Below, piece by piece: positions 1-9,775 of a stretch of DNA of 64,000 bases (within the stretch, counting starts at the first letter, position 1; each line of letters begins with the position of its first letter). The DNA comes from Spirochaetales bacterium (lineage in GTDB: Bacteria > Spirochaetota > Spirochaetia > Treponematales > UBA12059), in the NCBI GenBank assembly GCA_016928955.1, contig JAFGJV010000034.1:1-64000 (forward strand). The letters run 5' to 3'. A program made the position numbers and the translations under genes. The notes under the pieces were generated by a model. It was not told the DNA's origin, searched no databases, and saw nothing but the letters and a program-made list of their open reading frames with translations.

Positions 1-86
1 AGCCGTTGGCTTCGAGTGAGAAATCAGCACCGAAAAGCGGAAAGTTGAAATCGGTGAAAAGCGGAAAATCTAAATCGGTGTTGACA
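1..86. mobile_element. Terminal end of an IS21-family-like insertion sequence (body lies left of the window)
   Basis: Reverse complement reads TGTCAACACCGATTTAGATTTTCCGC...; two imperfect tandem 24-bp repeats at 32-55 and 56-79 (GAAAAGCGGAAAgttgAAATCGGT / GAAAAGCGGAAAatctAAATCGGT) end in TTGACA at 81-86. A TG...CA end with repeated transposase-binding motifs is typical of IS21 elements. Confidence 0.7.
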
Positions 87-93
87 CATACAG

Positions 94-843
94 GTGTCCT
101 TTCGAGATCAAATAATAGTGGCTTTACAAACCTCATCGCCAGATTTTGTTATGCCGAAAGGCCTGCGGGTTGGATATGCGAGGAGAAAGATAGTAAGTGA
201 ATTCGGCCGGCCCTATCGTACCGTTACCAGGGATGGATCAGATGTCCTGATTTACCAGGTGGAAAGCGACAGGGCTAATATATCACGATATCTTGCTGAA
301 TTTGAGATTGGCGCTCAGTCGCGGGTGTCTAGAATACGTCTCGTAGCGGAAGAGTCGGATGGCTGGTTGTCTTCCAGGGATTATGCGGTTAGCTACGACG
401 GTCGGCTACTTAGTCTAATGGATTTGTATGATCCTAGTGTCTGTGTGGGTATGAATAAGGCTGAGATATTGAATGATTTTGGGGGTGATGAGTTTTTTAA
501 TAAAGAACGCCATTCAAATGAGGGGCTGGAACTTGTGTACAATCAAGAAGGGCAGTTCCTCATGGAGATAAGCACAGAGCAGGGCGGAATACATACACCA
601 CGAGGTATTGAGGTTGGAAGTTCAGAAAAATCCGTATTTGACGCCTATGGTTGGTATGGGATAAGCCAAAAAAATCAGTACTATAATTATGGAAACGATA
701 CGGTAATAGTCTACCGATATTTTGAGACTGAATTCACGTATGGGGATTGGAATATGCCTGTAGAGTATGCCTTGAGCTTTTATATAAAAGACGCCTTGGT
801 ACAAAAAATCAATATTAAAATGATTTTGTTTGAAGAGTACTGA
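94..843 (+). CDS. Hypothetical protein, low GC, possibly 5'-truncated by the IS end
   Basis: 249-aa ORF with AT-rich codon usage; begins 7 nt after the IS end with no SD; C-terminal TPRGIEVGSS...VFDAYG...Y...LSFYIKD..V.KI segment resembles small periplasmic beta-sheet domains. Confidence 0.6.
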   Translation: MSFRDQIIVALQTSSPDFVMPKGLRVGYARRKIVSEFGRPYRTVTRDGSDVLIYQVESDRANISRYLAEFEIGAQSRVSRIRLVAEESDGWLSSRDYAVSYDGRLLSLMDLYDPSVCVGMNKAEILNDFGGDEFFNKERHSNEGLELVYNQEGQFLMEISTEQGGIHTPRGIEVGSSEKSVFDAYGWYGISQKNQYYNYGNDTVIVYRYFETEFTYGDWNMPVEYALSFYIKDALVQKINIKMILFEEY

Positions 844-955
844 TAACCACACGCACCACCACCGAATCATGCTCTTACGTGTACGACCCGGAGGGCTCCT
901 ATGTGTAGGTGGCAAGCTTGACCTTGCCTGCCCTACGTTCTACCATCCATCTAGC

Positions 956-2155
956 ATGAAGATTTTCCATTTGGCCGACCTCCATCTTGGAAAGGCCGTG
1001 TACGGTCGCGAACTGCTTGAGGATCAAGAGCTTATCCTGGACCAGGTGCTGGACTCGGCACGGCGCGACAAACCGGCGGCTCTGGTCGTTGCCGGGGACG
1101 TGTTCGACCGGGCCGTTCCATCGGCTGACGCTGTCAGGCTCTTTGGCCGGTTCATTGCGGGGCTCAAGGATCTGGATCCGGATATGGTCGTGGCCCTCAT
1201 ACCGGGCAACCACGACTCCGGGGCCCGCCTTGCGTACCTGTCAGCGGTGCTCGGCCGGACCGGGATCCATATCCGCTCCGACGCGGACGAGTGCGACACG
1301 CCAGTCGTCGTGCGGCGGGACGGACAGACGCTCAGGCTTTGGCTTGTTCCCTTCCTCACTCCCGGCGCCTTCCCGCCTTCGGAGCAGCCCAATGCCTCGG
1401 GCCTTGGCGAGCTGTTTGACGACGCGGCCCGGCCGGTCACGCTCCGGAGCCAGGCGGATCTCTTCTCCGAGGCCGTACGCCGGATACGCGCCGCGAAGGA
1501 CGGCTTGTCTTCGGCCGCGGACGTGCTGGTGTGCCATGTCTTTGCGGCCGGCGGTGGCGCTTCCGAATCCGAGCGGGCTTTTTTGGGAACGGCCGAGCTT
1601 GTGGACGCGTCCATGTTCGACGCGTTCGACTACGCAGCGCTCGGGCACCTGCACAGGCCCCAGGCCGCCGGTTCGCGCGGCCGTTATCCGGGGTCGCCCC
1701 TCCGCTATTCGTTCGCGGACGACGAGTCGGAGCGCGGATTCCTCAAGGTGGAGCTTCGCCCGGGCGGGGCGGACGCGGAGCTGGTGCCCTTAAAGCCCCT
1801 GCGCGCCATGCGGAGGATACAGGGGGCGTTCCGGGAACTTCTGGACGAGGTTCGTTGGTCAGGCTTCGAGGGCGACTATGTCGAAGCCGTGCTGTCTGAT
1901 GCCGAGCCGGTCCTGAATCCGGTGGACGCACTCAGGCGCCGCTTCCCTTGGCTGTTGTCCGTCCGGCAGGAAGCCTTTGAGCGGGAGCAGTCGGATGCGC
2001 CTGGCCTGCCCAGCGCGGGAGCTCAGGCGCGGGATATCGTCGACGAATTCCGTTCTTTCCACCGCGTTGTGCTCGGCCGCGATACGAGCGCGAACATGGA
2101 AGAGCTGTTCATCGAATTCCTGAAGGAGGCCCGGGATGCGGCCCGCCAGGCTTGA
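956..2155 (+). CDS. sbcD: Exonuclease SbcCD subunit D
   Basis: Metallophosphoesterase motifs HLADLHLG, AGDVFD, GNHD, LGHLH, YPGSP; ATG at 956; overlaps sbcC. Confidence 0.95.
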   Translation: MKIFHLADLHLGKAVYGRELLEDQELILDQVLDSARRDKPAALVVAGDVFDRAVPSADAVRLFGRFIAGLKDLDPDMVVALIPGNHDSGARLAYLSAVLGRTGIHIRSDADECDTPVVVRRDGQTLRLWLVPFLTPGAFPPSEQPNASGLGELFDDAARPVTLRSQADLFSEAVRRIRAAKDGLSSAADVLVCHVFAAGGGASESERAFLGTAELVDASMFDAFDYAALGHLHRPQAAGSRGRYPGSPLRYSFADDESERGFLKVELRPGGADAELVPLKPLRAMRRIQGAFRELLDEVRWSGFEGDYVEAVLSDAEPVLNPVDALRRRFPWLLSVRQEAFEREQSDAPGLPSAGAQARDIVDEFRSFHRVVLGRDTSANMEELFIEFLKEARDAARQA

Positions 2156-5123
2156 GCTTAAGAACATCGGATCGTTTCCCGGCGCGGTGAGCGTGGATTT
2201 TTCCAGCCTGGGCGACGTGTTCCTGGTATGCGGGCCCACGGGTTCTGGCAAGACGACGCTGTTCGAGGCCATGGCCTATGCCCTGTACGGCCAGCTACCC
2301 GGCACGCGGGACGTGCGGGAAATCGCGTCGCACTATGCGTCTCCCGACGACGATGTGGGCGTGTCGTTCGAATTTTCCGTAGGCCGGGGAACCTGGAAGG
2401 TTGAGCGTTCGCCAGGTCGCCGGGTTCCCAAGAAAAAGGGCGAGGGTTTCACGGATCGGCCTGCCTTGGCGGCGCTCTGGCGCCGGGACGGCGGAACCTG
2501 GGTACCGGTATGCGACAAGGTGACGGACGTGGACGCGGCCGTGGCGGAACTTCTGGGCCTGTCGGCGGAGGAGTTCAGCAAGATTGTCCTTCTTCCGCAA
2601 GGCCAGTTCCAGCGCTTCCTGGAGATGGACCAGAAGGACCGCGCCGACATCCTGGAAAAGCTGTTCCCGGTGGAACTGCACGCGTCGGTAAGCGCGTTGG
2701 CCATGGACGCGCTCAAGGCGGCCAGGCAGAGCCTGCGCGCGCTGGACGACGAGCTGTCTGATTTGGATGCCCGACTGGGTGACGACGCCGGAGCACGGCT
2801 GGCCGATATGGACGAACGGGCGGCATCGGCCCGGCATGACGAAGGCCTGGCTCGGGCCGTCCTGGAAACGGCCGCCTTGGCTTCCGAGGCTGGCAGGCGC
2901 GACCTGGCCGCCTGGGACAGCGCCGACCGAGCCAAAGCCCTTCTGGCCCGCTTGCAGGAGCGCTCGGCAGCCATGCGCGATATGGCCAACGGACTGGAGC
3001 GCGCGGAGGCCGCTGCCGGCATCCGCGCCGAGCTTGACGCCCAGCGGCGCGCGGCTGGGGTGTTGCGGCACGAGTCAGCCGCCCTTGAAGCCGCGCATGC
3101 CCGGCTGGCCGAACTGGATGGCCGGCAGGAAGCCATGGCGGACACGGGCAGACGGCTGGACGGTCTGGCCGCGGAAGTTGCCGAGCTGGACAGGCGACTG
3201 GGTGAACTTGACGCCCGACGGGCGGCCTGGAACCGAGCGGCCGCCGCGCGGGCGTCGCTCAAGGCCAGCGAGGAAGAAGTCGCGCGGCTGTCGGATGCGC
3301 TGGCCCTGGACGAGGCCGCCGAAGCCGGGTTGTCGGAAGAGCTGGCCGGGCTCGAGCGTCGCGTAAAGGATCCTGTGACCCTGTCCAAGGAGCGGGAGGC
3401 CGCTGACGTGGCGGCGCGGAATGCGTCCGCCGCGCTTGCGGCGGAGCGGGAACGCGCCGCGCTGGGTGCCGAGCTCGCCGCCGCGTCCGGGCGCCTGGCT
3501 GTCCTTGATGGCGAACGTATCGACGCCCAGGGTGCCAGGGACTCGGCGCTGGCCGGCTTAACCGAGGCCAAGAACCTGGCCGCCCGCATGGCCGCCGTCC
3601 GTCTGGCCGCGGATCTGAAACCGGGCGCGCCTTGCCCTGTGTGCGGCTCGCTTGACCATCCGGCTCCGGCGCTTGGGGAAACCGAGTACGAAGGCATTGA
3701 CCGTGAGCGGCTGGAAGGCGAACTGTTGGCCGCTGAAAAAAAACTGGCCACCGCCTTGGAGCGCCGGGCGGCCGCCTCCACCGCGGTAGACGGGCTCATG
3801 GAGCGTCTATCCAAGCTGGCAGACGGCCCGGGGCTGGAAGCTGCCGAAAAAACGGACGCGGCCGCCCGGCAAACGCTTGATGCCTGCGTGGCGGCCGGGC
3901 GGGACAACTCGGCGCTCATGTCGGCCGCCACCGAGAAGCGGAACATGCTGGCCAGGCTGGCGGCGGCCGCCAAGGATGCGCGCGCGGCCTTGGCCAAAGC
4001 GGAACGTGACAAGGCGGCGGCCGGCGCTTCCCTGGCCGAGGCTGTGGCGTCCGCCGGGACCGAAGACCCCGGTCCGGAACTCGTAGCGCTCGGAGAGCGT
4101 AAACAGGATGAGGAGCGTGAACTGAAAGCTGCCCGCGCCGCGCTGGACGCGTGGGACCGCGAACGGGAAACGGCGCGCGGTCTGGCCCAGGATCTGGACG
4201 CGCGCGTCCGGCGCCTAGTCGACGAGCATTCCGCGTTCAAGGAGGCGGCGGACCGCGCGCTAGAGTCGTCCGGCTTTGCCGACGCGGCCGCGTGGGAGGC
4301 CGCCGTCTGGAACCAGGAGGACGCGGCGCGGGCCAAGAAGGAGCTCCGCGCCTACGAGACCGACCTGGCCGCGGCCCTGGCCGACGACAAGGCGGCTCGC
4401 GCCCAGGTTGAGGGCAGACAGAGGCCGGACATGGCCGCCCTGGACCAGGCCTATGCCGATGCGGAGGCCAAGCTCGCACAGGCGCGCCGAATTTGCGACG
4501 GCCTTGCCCTTGAGGCCAGCGCCCTGAGAGGCGACCTGGCCAGGCACGGAGATTTGGCTCGCAAGGCCGACGCCCTGCGTTCGCGCTCGGACACGCTGAA
4601 CGGGCTTGCTACTCTGCTTAACGGGGATACGCCCGGCAAGCATTTGTCCTTCCGGAACTACGCCCTGGGCCTGTGGTTTTCCCAGGTCATGGCCATGGCC
4701 TCCGCGCGCCTGCGCGACATGAGCGACGGCCGCTACGACCTCCGGATGGCAGAGGGCCGGGCCCGCGGACAGGGGCGCGTGGGCCTGGACATAGAGGTGG
4801 CTGACGCGTTCACCGGCAAGGCGCGCCCCGCGTCCAGCCTGTCAGGCGGGGAAAAATTCCTGTCGTCCATCTCTCTTGCCCTGGGCCTGTCCGACGTGAT
4901 CACCCAAGGATCGGGAGGAGTCGCCCTGGACTCCATTTTCATAGACGAGGGCTTTGGTTCCCTGGACGAGGACGCTCTGGACCGGGCCATGGCCGCCCTT
5001 GACCGCATACGAGGAGACCGGATGATAGGAATCGTGTCGCACGTGGCCGAGCTCCGGGACCGCGTGCCGTCCAGGATAGAGGTACACAAAGGCCGCTCGG
5101 GATCCACGCTTGAGGTGATCTAA
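2136..5123 (+). CDS. sbcC: Exonuclease SbcCD subunit C (SMC-like ATPase)
   Basis: Walker A GPTGSGKT, LPQGQF Q-loop, long coiled coil, Zn hook CPVCGS, LSGGE signature, IDEGFGSLD Walker B. Confidence 0.95.
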   Translation: MRPARLELKNIGSFPGAVSVDFSSLGDVFLVCGPTGSGKTTLFEAMAYALYGQLPGTRDVREIASHYASPDDDVGVSFEFSVGRGTWKVERSPGRRVPKKKGEGFTDRPALAALWRRDGGTWVPVCDKVTDVDAAVAELLGLSAEEFSKIVLLPQGQFQRFLEMDQKDRADILEKLFPVELHASVSALAMDALKAARQSLRALDDELSDLDARLGDDAGARLADMDERAASARHDEGLARAVLETAALASEAGRRDLAAWDSADRAKALLARLQERSAAMRDMANGLERAEAAAGIRAELDAQRRAAGVLRHESAALEAAHARLAELDGRQEAMADTGRRLDGLAAEVAELDRRLGELDARRAAWNRAAAARASLKASEEEVARLSDALALDEAAEAGLSEELAGLERRVKDPVTLSKEREAADVAARNASAALAAERERAALGAELAAASGRLAVLDGERIDAQGARDSALAGLTEAKNLAARMAAVRLAADLKPGAPCPVCGSLDHPAPALGETEYEGIDRERLEGELLAAEKKLATALERRAAASTAVDGLMERLSKLADGPGLEAAEKTDAAARQTLDACVAAGRDNSALMSAATEKRNMLARLAAAAKDARAALAKAERDKAAAGASLAEAVASAGTEDPGPELVALGERKQDEERELKAARAALDAWDRERETARGLAQDLDARVRRLVDEHSAFKEAADRALESSGFADAAAWEAAVWNQEDAARAKKELRAYETDLAAALADDKAARAQVEGRQRPDMAALDQAYADAEAKLAQARRICDGLALEASALRGDLARHGDLARKADALRSRSDTLNGLATLLNGDTPGKHLSFRNYALGLWFSQVMAMASARLRDMSDGRYDLRMAEGRARGQGRVGLDIEVADAFTGKARPASSLSGGEKFLSSISLALGLSDVITQGSGGVALDSIFIDEGFGSLDEDALDRAMAALDRIRGDRMIGIVSHVAELRDRVPSRIEVHKGRSGSTLEVI

Positions 5124-5166
5124 GAGTCTGTCAGGAGTGTCCGGATCCAAGGAAGCGTGGCGTTGG

Positions 5167-6333
5167 CTATACGCGTTCCGCGGCCGCCATGTCTCCCGCC
5201 CAGGCGGCGTGAAGCAGGGTCGTCAGTTCGTCATCGGTAAAGGCCCGGGGACTGCGCGGGCGCATGCGGTAGGTCCTGGCGTCGGCCGCTATAGCTTCCA
5301 GCTGGCCTTCGGCTATGCCGAGCGACGCCAGGCCGGACGGTACGCCAAGCTCGCGGTTCAGGGCTGCCACTGACGAGTGCAGGGGCCCAGGGCCAAAAAA
5401 AGCCTCCAGGTGGGCCATACGGTCGGCGGTAGCCGGCCGCAGGGCTGCCAGCACGTAGGGCAGGATGACGGCGTTGGCAAGGCCATGGGCCACTCCGTGA
5501 AGCGCTCCCACAGGGTGGGCAAAGCCGTGTACCATGCCCAGGCCCGTGTTGCTGAAGGCGGCTCCCGCCATCGCCGCCGCCAGGGCCATGCCCGAGCGGG
5601 CGTCCAGATCGGCGCCGTTCCTGCATGCTTTGGGCAGGTTCCCGGCTATCAGCCGGACGCAGGCCAGGTTGATAGCGTCGCTTGCGGGATTGGCTCCCAA
5701 GGACAGAAACGATTCCACCGCGTGCGTCAGGGCGTCCATGCCCGTGGCGGATGTTACCGCCGGCGGCATGCTGGCCTGCACCTCGGGGTCGACGATGGCC
5801 AGGCGGGGGAAGAAGCTTGGGTGCGAGTAGCCGAGTTTTTTTCCCGCCTGCCTGTCCGTGGTAACGGCCGCCGAACTCAGTTCCGACCCGGTGCCCGCCG
5901 TGGTGGGCACGGCCACTATCGGGAGCGCTGGCGTGCCCGGCGCCGCCTTGCCGTACAGGAAATCCAGGATGTCCTTGCCGTTGGCCGCGCACAGGGCAGC
6001 GCTCTTGGCGCAGTCCATGGGGCTGCCGCCGCCGTACGCCACCACCGCGTTGTGACCGCCTGAGGTCAGCAAACGCGCGCAGTCGCGCACCTGGGAAGCG
6101 TCGGGATCCGGCGTGACGGCCGCGTATGTATCTACGGCGATGCCGGCGTCGGACAGCGACGCGACCAGCGAGCGGTAGCCCTCCGACGCGCTCGTCGGCC
6201 CTGAGCCGCTCACGAGGAGCACAGAGCTCAGCCCCAGCTCGCGCGCCAGGCCGCCAGTCTTTTGCACAGCTCCCACGCCGAATTCAAGGCGCGTGGGGCA
6301 GAGGAAGCTGAACGCCCTGTAGTGCTCACTCAT
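5167..6333 (-). CDS. Iron-containing alcohol dehydrogenase
   Basis: GGGSPMD, PTTAGTGSE, DALTHAVE, HGFAH, HGLANA motifs; ATG at 6333 with a purine-rich SD. Confidence 0.92.
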   Translation of the reverse strand: MSEHYRAFSFLCPTRLEFGVGAVQKTGGLARELGLSSVLLVSGSGPTSASEGYRSLVASLSDAGIAVDTYAAVTPDPDASQVRDCARLLTSGGHNAVVAYGGGSPMDCAKSAALCAANGKDILDFLYGKAAPGTPALPIVAVPTTAGTGSELSSAAVTTDRQAGKKLGYSHPSFFPRLAIVDPEVQASMPPAVTSATGMDALTHAVESFLSLGANPASDAINLACVRLIAGNLPKACRNGADLDARSGMALAAAMAGAAFSNTGLGMVHGFAHPVGALHGVAHGLANAVILPYVLAALRPATADRMAHLEAFFGPGPLHSSVAALNRELGVPSGLASLGIAEGQLEAIAADARTYRMRPRSPRAFTDDELTTLLHAAWAGDMAAAERV

Positions 6334-7591
6334 CGCTGTGTTCCCCTTCATGCTTGTAATGGTCGGCGCAGTGCGGGCACAGCCCGTGGGTGATCCTGAT
6401 GCCGTAGCGCTCGGTCAGCACCTGTTCCAACGGTTTCCATGAGCCGTCTTCCGTTACAGCCTTGCCGCAGGCGGAACAGACTGCCAGGGGACGTTCGGAC
6501 GGATGGTGCGGGGTTTTCATGACCGCGCTGATGATCGAGCTTGTTTCCTTGACCAGTTCGTAGCGCACGGCCACGTCATGCAGGCTGACGATCTGGCCTA
6601 TGGATTTTCCGGAGCGATTACGCAGGGGAGTGCAGGTCAGTTCGTAGGGATGTTTGCCTTCCTTGCTGTCCAGAAACACGTCTGTTTCCCAGGGGCTGTC
6701 GCGGTCCAGGGCTTTGGTCACTTGCTCGAGTTGTTTCCACATCCTGGCGCTGGTTCCCACGGGATCCTTGCCGTGTAAAAGCTCCCTGGCCTTGGCGTTG
6801 GCGTCCAGCACCATGCCGCGCTCGTTGAGCACGAAGACGGCCGTATTCAGGCTTTCGAACAGGGCCGAGCGGGCTATGGGCACCACGGTAAACAGGCCAA
6901 AGCGGTCGGACGCCACGGCGAACAGGGCGGCGGATATCGTGAATATGACGGACGTGTAGTCTTTGTGTATGTCCGGCAGCATGCCCGTCACGTAGATGAC
7001 GTTGTACGCTATGGGCAGAAGCACAGCCACCATCATGAGTCTGGCCTGGGATCTGAGCGCCGGCGCCAGGCCCCTGTACGCGTCCATAACGATGACTGAT
7101 CCCACCACGATCAGTCCGTAGGAGTAGGACGCGTGAACCCAGAACCACGAACCAAGGTCCGTTTCCAGGAAGGGCCGGCCCAGAACGCTGGAAAAACGGA
7201 AAGCTGTCCACAGAAGGTGGTGTGCTTCGTTTGAGTATGCGATCGCTATGGTCATAGCCGGAATGACGAGCACGGCGGCGAGCCGCAGTTTCGGCGAGCC
7301 CTGGCCTTTGCCGGCCAGCCGCAGGGAATATTCCAGCCAGGCCACGGGAAGGGTGCTGATGAACACGTAGGCCGTGGTCATCAGGACTATGGCGCCTTCC
7401 CTGGTCGGCCACAAGGCTTCTAGCCAGTTGGACAAGAGCCAGCCCAGGTCAATCAGGACCAGGGCCACAAAGGCCTTGTTCCGTTCGTCGTTGAGGTTGG
7501 GTATGACCCTGTGCACCAGGATGACGATGAAGACAGCGCTGACCGGCGCTATGACGATGTAGAGGAGTTGCTGAAACTCCAAAGAGCTCAT
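6326..7591 (-). CDS. Membrane sensor: HisKA_7TM-like N-terminus + PAS + C-terminal Cys4 Zn-ribbon-like domain, no kinase domain
   Basis: About 7 hydrophobic helices with TNxxHHLxW-like and WFWVHxxYSY motifs, a PAS segment (VFVLNERGMVLDAN), then CSACGK...W...ITHGLCPHC. Confidence 0.75.
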   Translation of the reverse strand: MSSLEFQQLLYIVIAPVSAVFIVILVHRVIPNLNDERNKAFVALVLIDLGWLLSNWLEALWPTREGAIVLMTTAYVFISTLPVAWLEYSLRLAGKGQGSPKLRLAAVLVIPAMTIAIAYSNEAHHLLWTAFRFSSVLGRPFLETDLGSWFWVHASYSYGLIVVGSVIVMDAYRGLAPALRSQARLMMVAVLLPIAYNVIYVTGMLPDIHKDYTSVIFTISAALFAVASDRFGLFTVVPIARSALFESLNTAVFVLNERGMVLDANAKARELLHGKDPVGTSARMWKQLEQVTKALDRDSPWETDVFLDSKEGKHPYELTCTPLRNRSGKSIGQIVSLHDVAVRYELVKETSSIISAVMKTPHHPSERPLAVCSACGKAVTEDGSWKPLEQVLTERYGIRITHGLCPHCADHYKHEGEHSDE

Positions 7592-7627
7592 GAGTTAGTA
7601 TTGGTTGATTTTCCGCCGCGCGTCAAT

Positions 7628-7663
7628 AAAAGAGGCCGTTCCGGGCTACAAACCGGAACGGCC
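7628..7663 (-). terminator. Intrinsic terminator of the FecR-domain gene
   Basis: GGCCGTTCCGG-loop-CCGGAACGGCC followed by TCTTTT on the minus strand. Confidence 0.7.
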
Positions 7664-7672
7664 ATCTGCCGG

Positions 7673-8800
7673 TCAGAAGTCCCAGTCTCCCTGGGAATCG
7701 AAGAAATCGTCGCCCGCGCCGGAGCCGGGCAGGCCTGCGCCGCCTTCGTTACGGAGCTGGTATAGCCGCTCGGCGTAGCGGAACAGGGCCACGCGGCGTT
7801 CCAGGGCGTCCGCCTCAGCCTTGACCTTGCGGAGAAAATCCACGGCCTTGAGGCCTTTCCGGATCTCGACCTGCTCCAGTTTGGTGCCCAGGATGACGCC
7901 TTCCAGCTGGTCGATGCGGTAGTAAATGCGCTCGAACACGAAAAGGACCTTGCGGATCTCCAGGATCAAAGGCCCTACGTCCTTTTTGTCGCGGAGCGTG
8001 GCGGCGTCAGTCGACGATGGAACCAGGCCGGCGGCGTCCTCGCGTATCCAGCGGGACAGGACATCGCTTTTCTGGAGCGGCTCGAAAGCCCGGGCAAAGC
8101 TCTGGAAAAGTTCGGCGTAGCGACGCTCGAAATCGGCCAGGGCCTTGGGAGCGTTCACCCTGAACGCCTCGATCTCGTCGGCCAGCCAGCGTTGCTCGAA
8201 CTGTTCCGGCGACGATATGGCGGCGGCCAGGCGGCGCAGGCGCTCGGCCGGCCGTTTCTCCACCGCGTTGCCCGCGGGTACGGCCACCGTTTCCTTGCCG
8301 TCGCTTGCGCTTACCTCGCCCTCCGAGCAGTATATCAGGATGGATCCGTTGACGGACGTGGCCACGCCGAATTCCGTACCGCGCACGCCGGCCACGGCGG
8401 ATTCCGTGGACACCTGGAAGCTTGGGCTACCGGCCAGCTTGCCCAGCTTGGACGCTATCTGTCCGGCCAGGAGGTCTATGCCGCTCTTGACGCCCGCCTG
8501 GTCCCGGGTAACCCGTAGGTAGGCGGCGGTCTTGGCCTTGATGGTCAAGTTGCCGCGCATGCCCGTGCTTTTGTCCAGGGCTATGACCACCAGGCCGTCC
8601 GTGGCCGTCTTGATCATGTCGTCCGGATACACAAGGTCGCCAATATTGGCGTCTCCAAGGTTCTGGCCGGACCGCGTGACCGTGGCCGTGCCTTCCACAT
8701 ACTCGATTTCGCCAAAAGGCGCCGCTTGGGCCCACGCGGCGCCCATGCTGGCCGCGGCGAGGCCCGCCGCAAGGATCAAAGTCAAGGAACGGTGCATCAT
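7673..8800 (-). CDS. FecR domain-containing exported protein
   Basis: Signal peptide; IEYVEG.ATV.R and AVAGVRGTEF...CSEGEV FecR motifs; helical C-terminus. Confidence 0.8.
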   Translation of the reverse strand: MMHRSLTLILAAGLAAASMGAAWAQAAPFGEIEYVEGTATVTRSGQNLGDANIGDLVYPDDMIKTATDGLVVIALDKSTGMRGNLTIKAKTAAYLRVTRDQAGVKSGIDLLAGQIASKLGKLAGSPSFQVSTESAVAGVRGTEFGVATSVNGSILIYCSEGEVSASDGKETVAVPAGNAVEKRPAERLRRLAAAISSPEQFEQRWLADEIEAFRVNAPKALADFERRYAELFQSFARAFEPLQKSDVLSRWIREDAAGLVPSSTDAATLRDKKDVGPLILEIRKVLFVFERIYYRIDQLEGVILGTKLEQVEIRKGLKAVDFLRKVKAEADALERRVALFRYAERLYQLRNEGGAGLPGSGAGDDFFDSQGDWDF

Positions 8801-9059
8801 TGGCCAACTCCTCGAATGCTCGTAAAACCGTAATCAATATAGCGCGCGTGGCCGCTTTTTTCGAACCCCCGCGCGAAAAACCCTTCTCAGGGGCTTTTAT
8901 CCATGTACCGCGGCCCCCGAGCTTGACTTTGGCGCCATATATAATATGGTAAAAGCCGATGTGCGGGGCTGCCGCAACCGAGCCCTATCTCCGGTAGAAC
9001 ATCCAGAACCCACGGATGTATCAAAGAAACTGCCCTTTTGGGCGCAGGAAGGATCGTCA

Positions 9060-9560
9060 ATGAAACGTTTTGCCCTTACTCTTCTGTCCATCGCCCTTCT
9101 AGCCGGCATGATGGCTTGCCAGACTCCCAAAACGAACGACACCATCGTTTCGGAGCTCGACGAGCAGATCAAAGCCCAGAACCTGAGCGGTGTGGAGGTC
9201 GAACAGACCGAGCTTGGGGTCAAGCTAACCGCCGGTGAGCTCAATTTCCCGCCCGATTCCAAGGATATCACCCCTGAAACCGCGGAAAAACTCGATAAAC
9301 TTGCCGAGCTCATCAAATCCTATGCCGGCCGCCAAATTATGGTCGTTGGACATACCGCGGACGTGGGCGACTACATGTCCCAGATGGAACTGTCCCTGTA
9401 CCGGGCTGAGGCCGTGGGCAACTATCTCATCGAAGTGGGAGCTATAAAGCCCGCTAACCTCCGTATAGACGGCCGCGGCGGCACCGAGCCGCGCGCCAGC
9501 AATGAGACCGAGGAAGGCCGCGCCATGAACCGGCGCGTTGAGATCATTCTTCTGAACTAG
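9060..9560 (+). CDS. OmpA/MotB-family peptidoglycan-binding lipoprotein
   Basis: Lipobox-like MMAC; GHTA...LSLYRAEAV...GRAMNRRVEI OmpA_C motif. Confidence 0.9.
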   Translation: MKRFALTLLSIALLAGMMACQTPKTNDTIVSELDEQIKAQNLSGVEVEQTELGVKLTAGELNFPPDSKDITPETAEKLDKLAELIKSYAGRQIMVVGHTADVGDYMSQMELSLYRAEAVGNYLIEVGAIKPANLRIDGRGGTEPRASNETEEGRAMNRRVEIILLN

Positions 9561-9578
9561 GCGGCCGTTAGATTAGGG

Positions 9579-9624
9579 AAGCCGGTTACGGGGGCGTTCA
9601 AGCCTCCGTAACCGGCTTTTTTTT
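9579..9624 (+). terminator. Intrinsic terminator
   Basis: AAGCCGGTTACGGGGGC-loop-GCCTCCGTAACCGGC followed by T8. Confidence 0.9.
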
Positions 9625-9775
9625 GCTTTCCGGATACTCAGCACGCGTCTTTGGCCATGCGACGCTTGAGCCGTCGTTGGGTTGTCAGGCCCGGGCACGC
9701 CTGAACGCGCCTATGGTGTCCTGCAGGGTGCCCGTTGGGCATACCACGCACCACGCCCGGGGCTTGCGCCGGCTC

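Noticed and set aside
6..200. 64-aa Lys/Ser-rich ORF
   Set aside because: Its repetitiveness comes from translating the IS-end tandem repeats, and it overlaps the longer ORF.
2333..4336. 667-aa antisense ORF and many similar long shadow ORFs (e.g. 21819-23138, 28663-29829, 32413-33729, 44164-45366)
   Set aside because: They lie opposite or out of frame to motif-supported genes; expected in high-GC DNA; no motifs.
8923..8945. TTGACT...TATAAT promoter for the OmpA-family gene
   Set aside because: The spacer is only 11 nt; the -10 may be real, but this pairing is not supportable.
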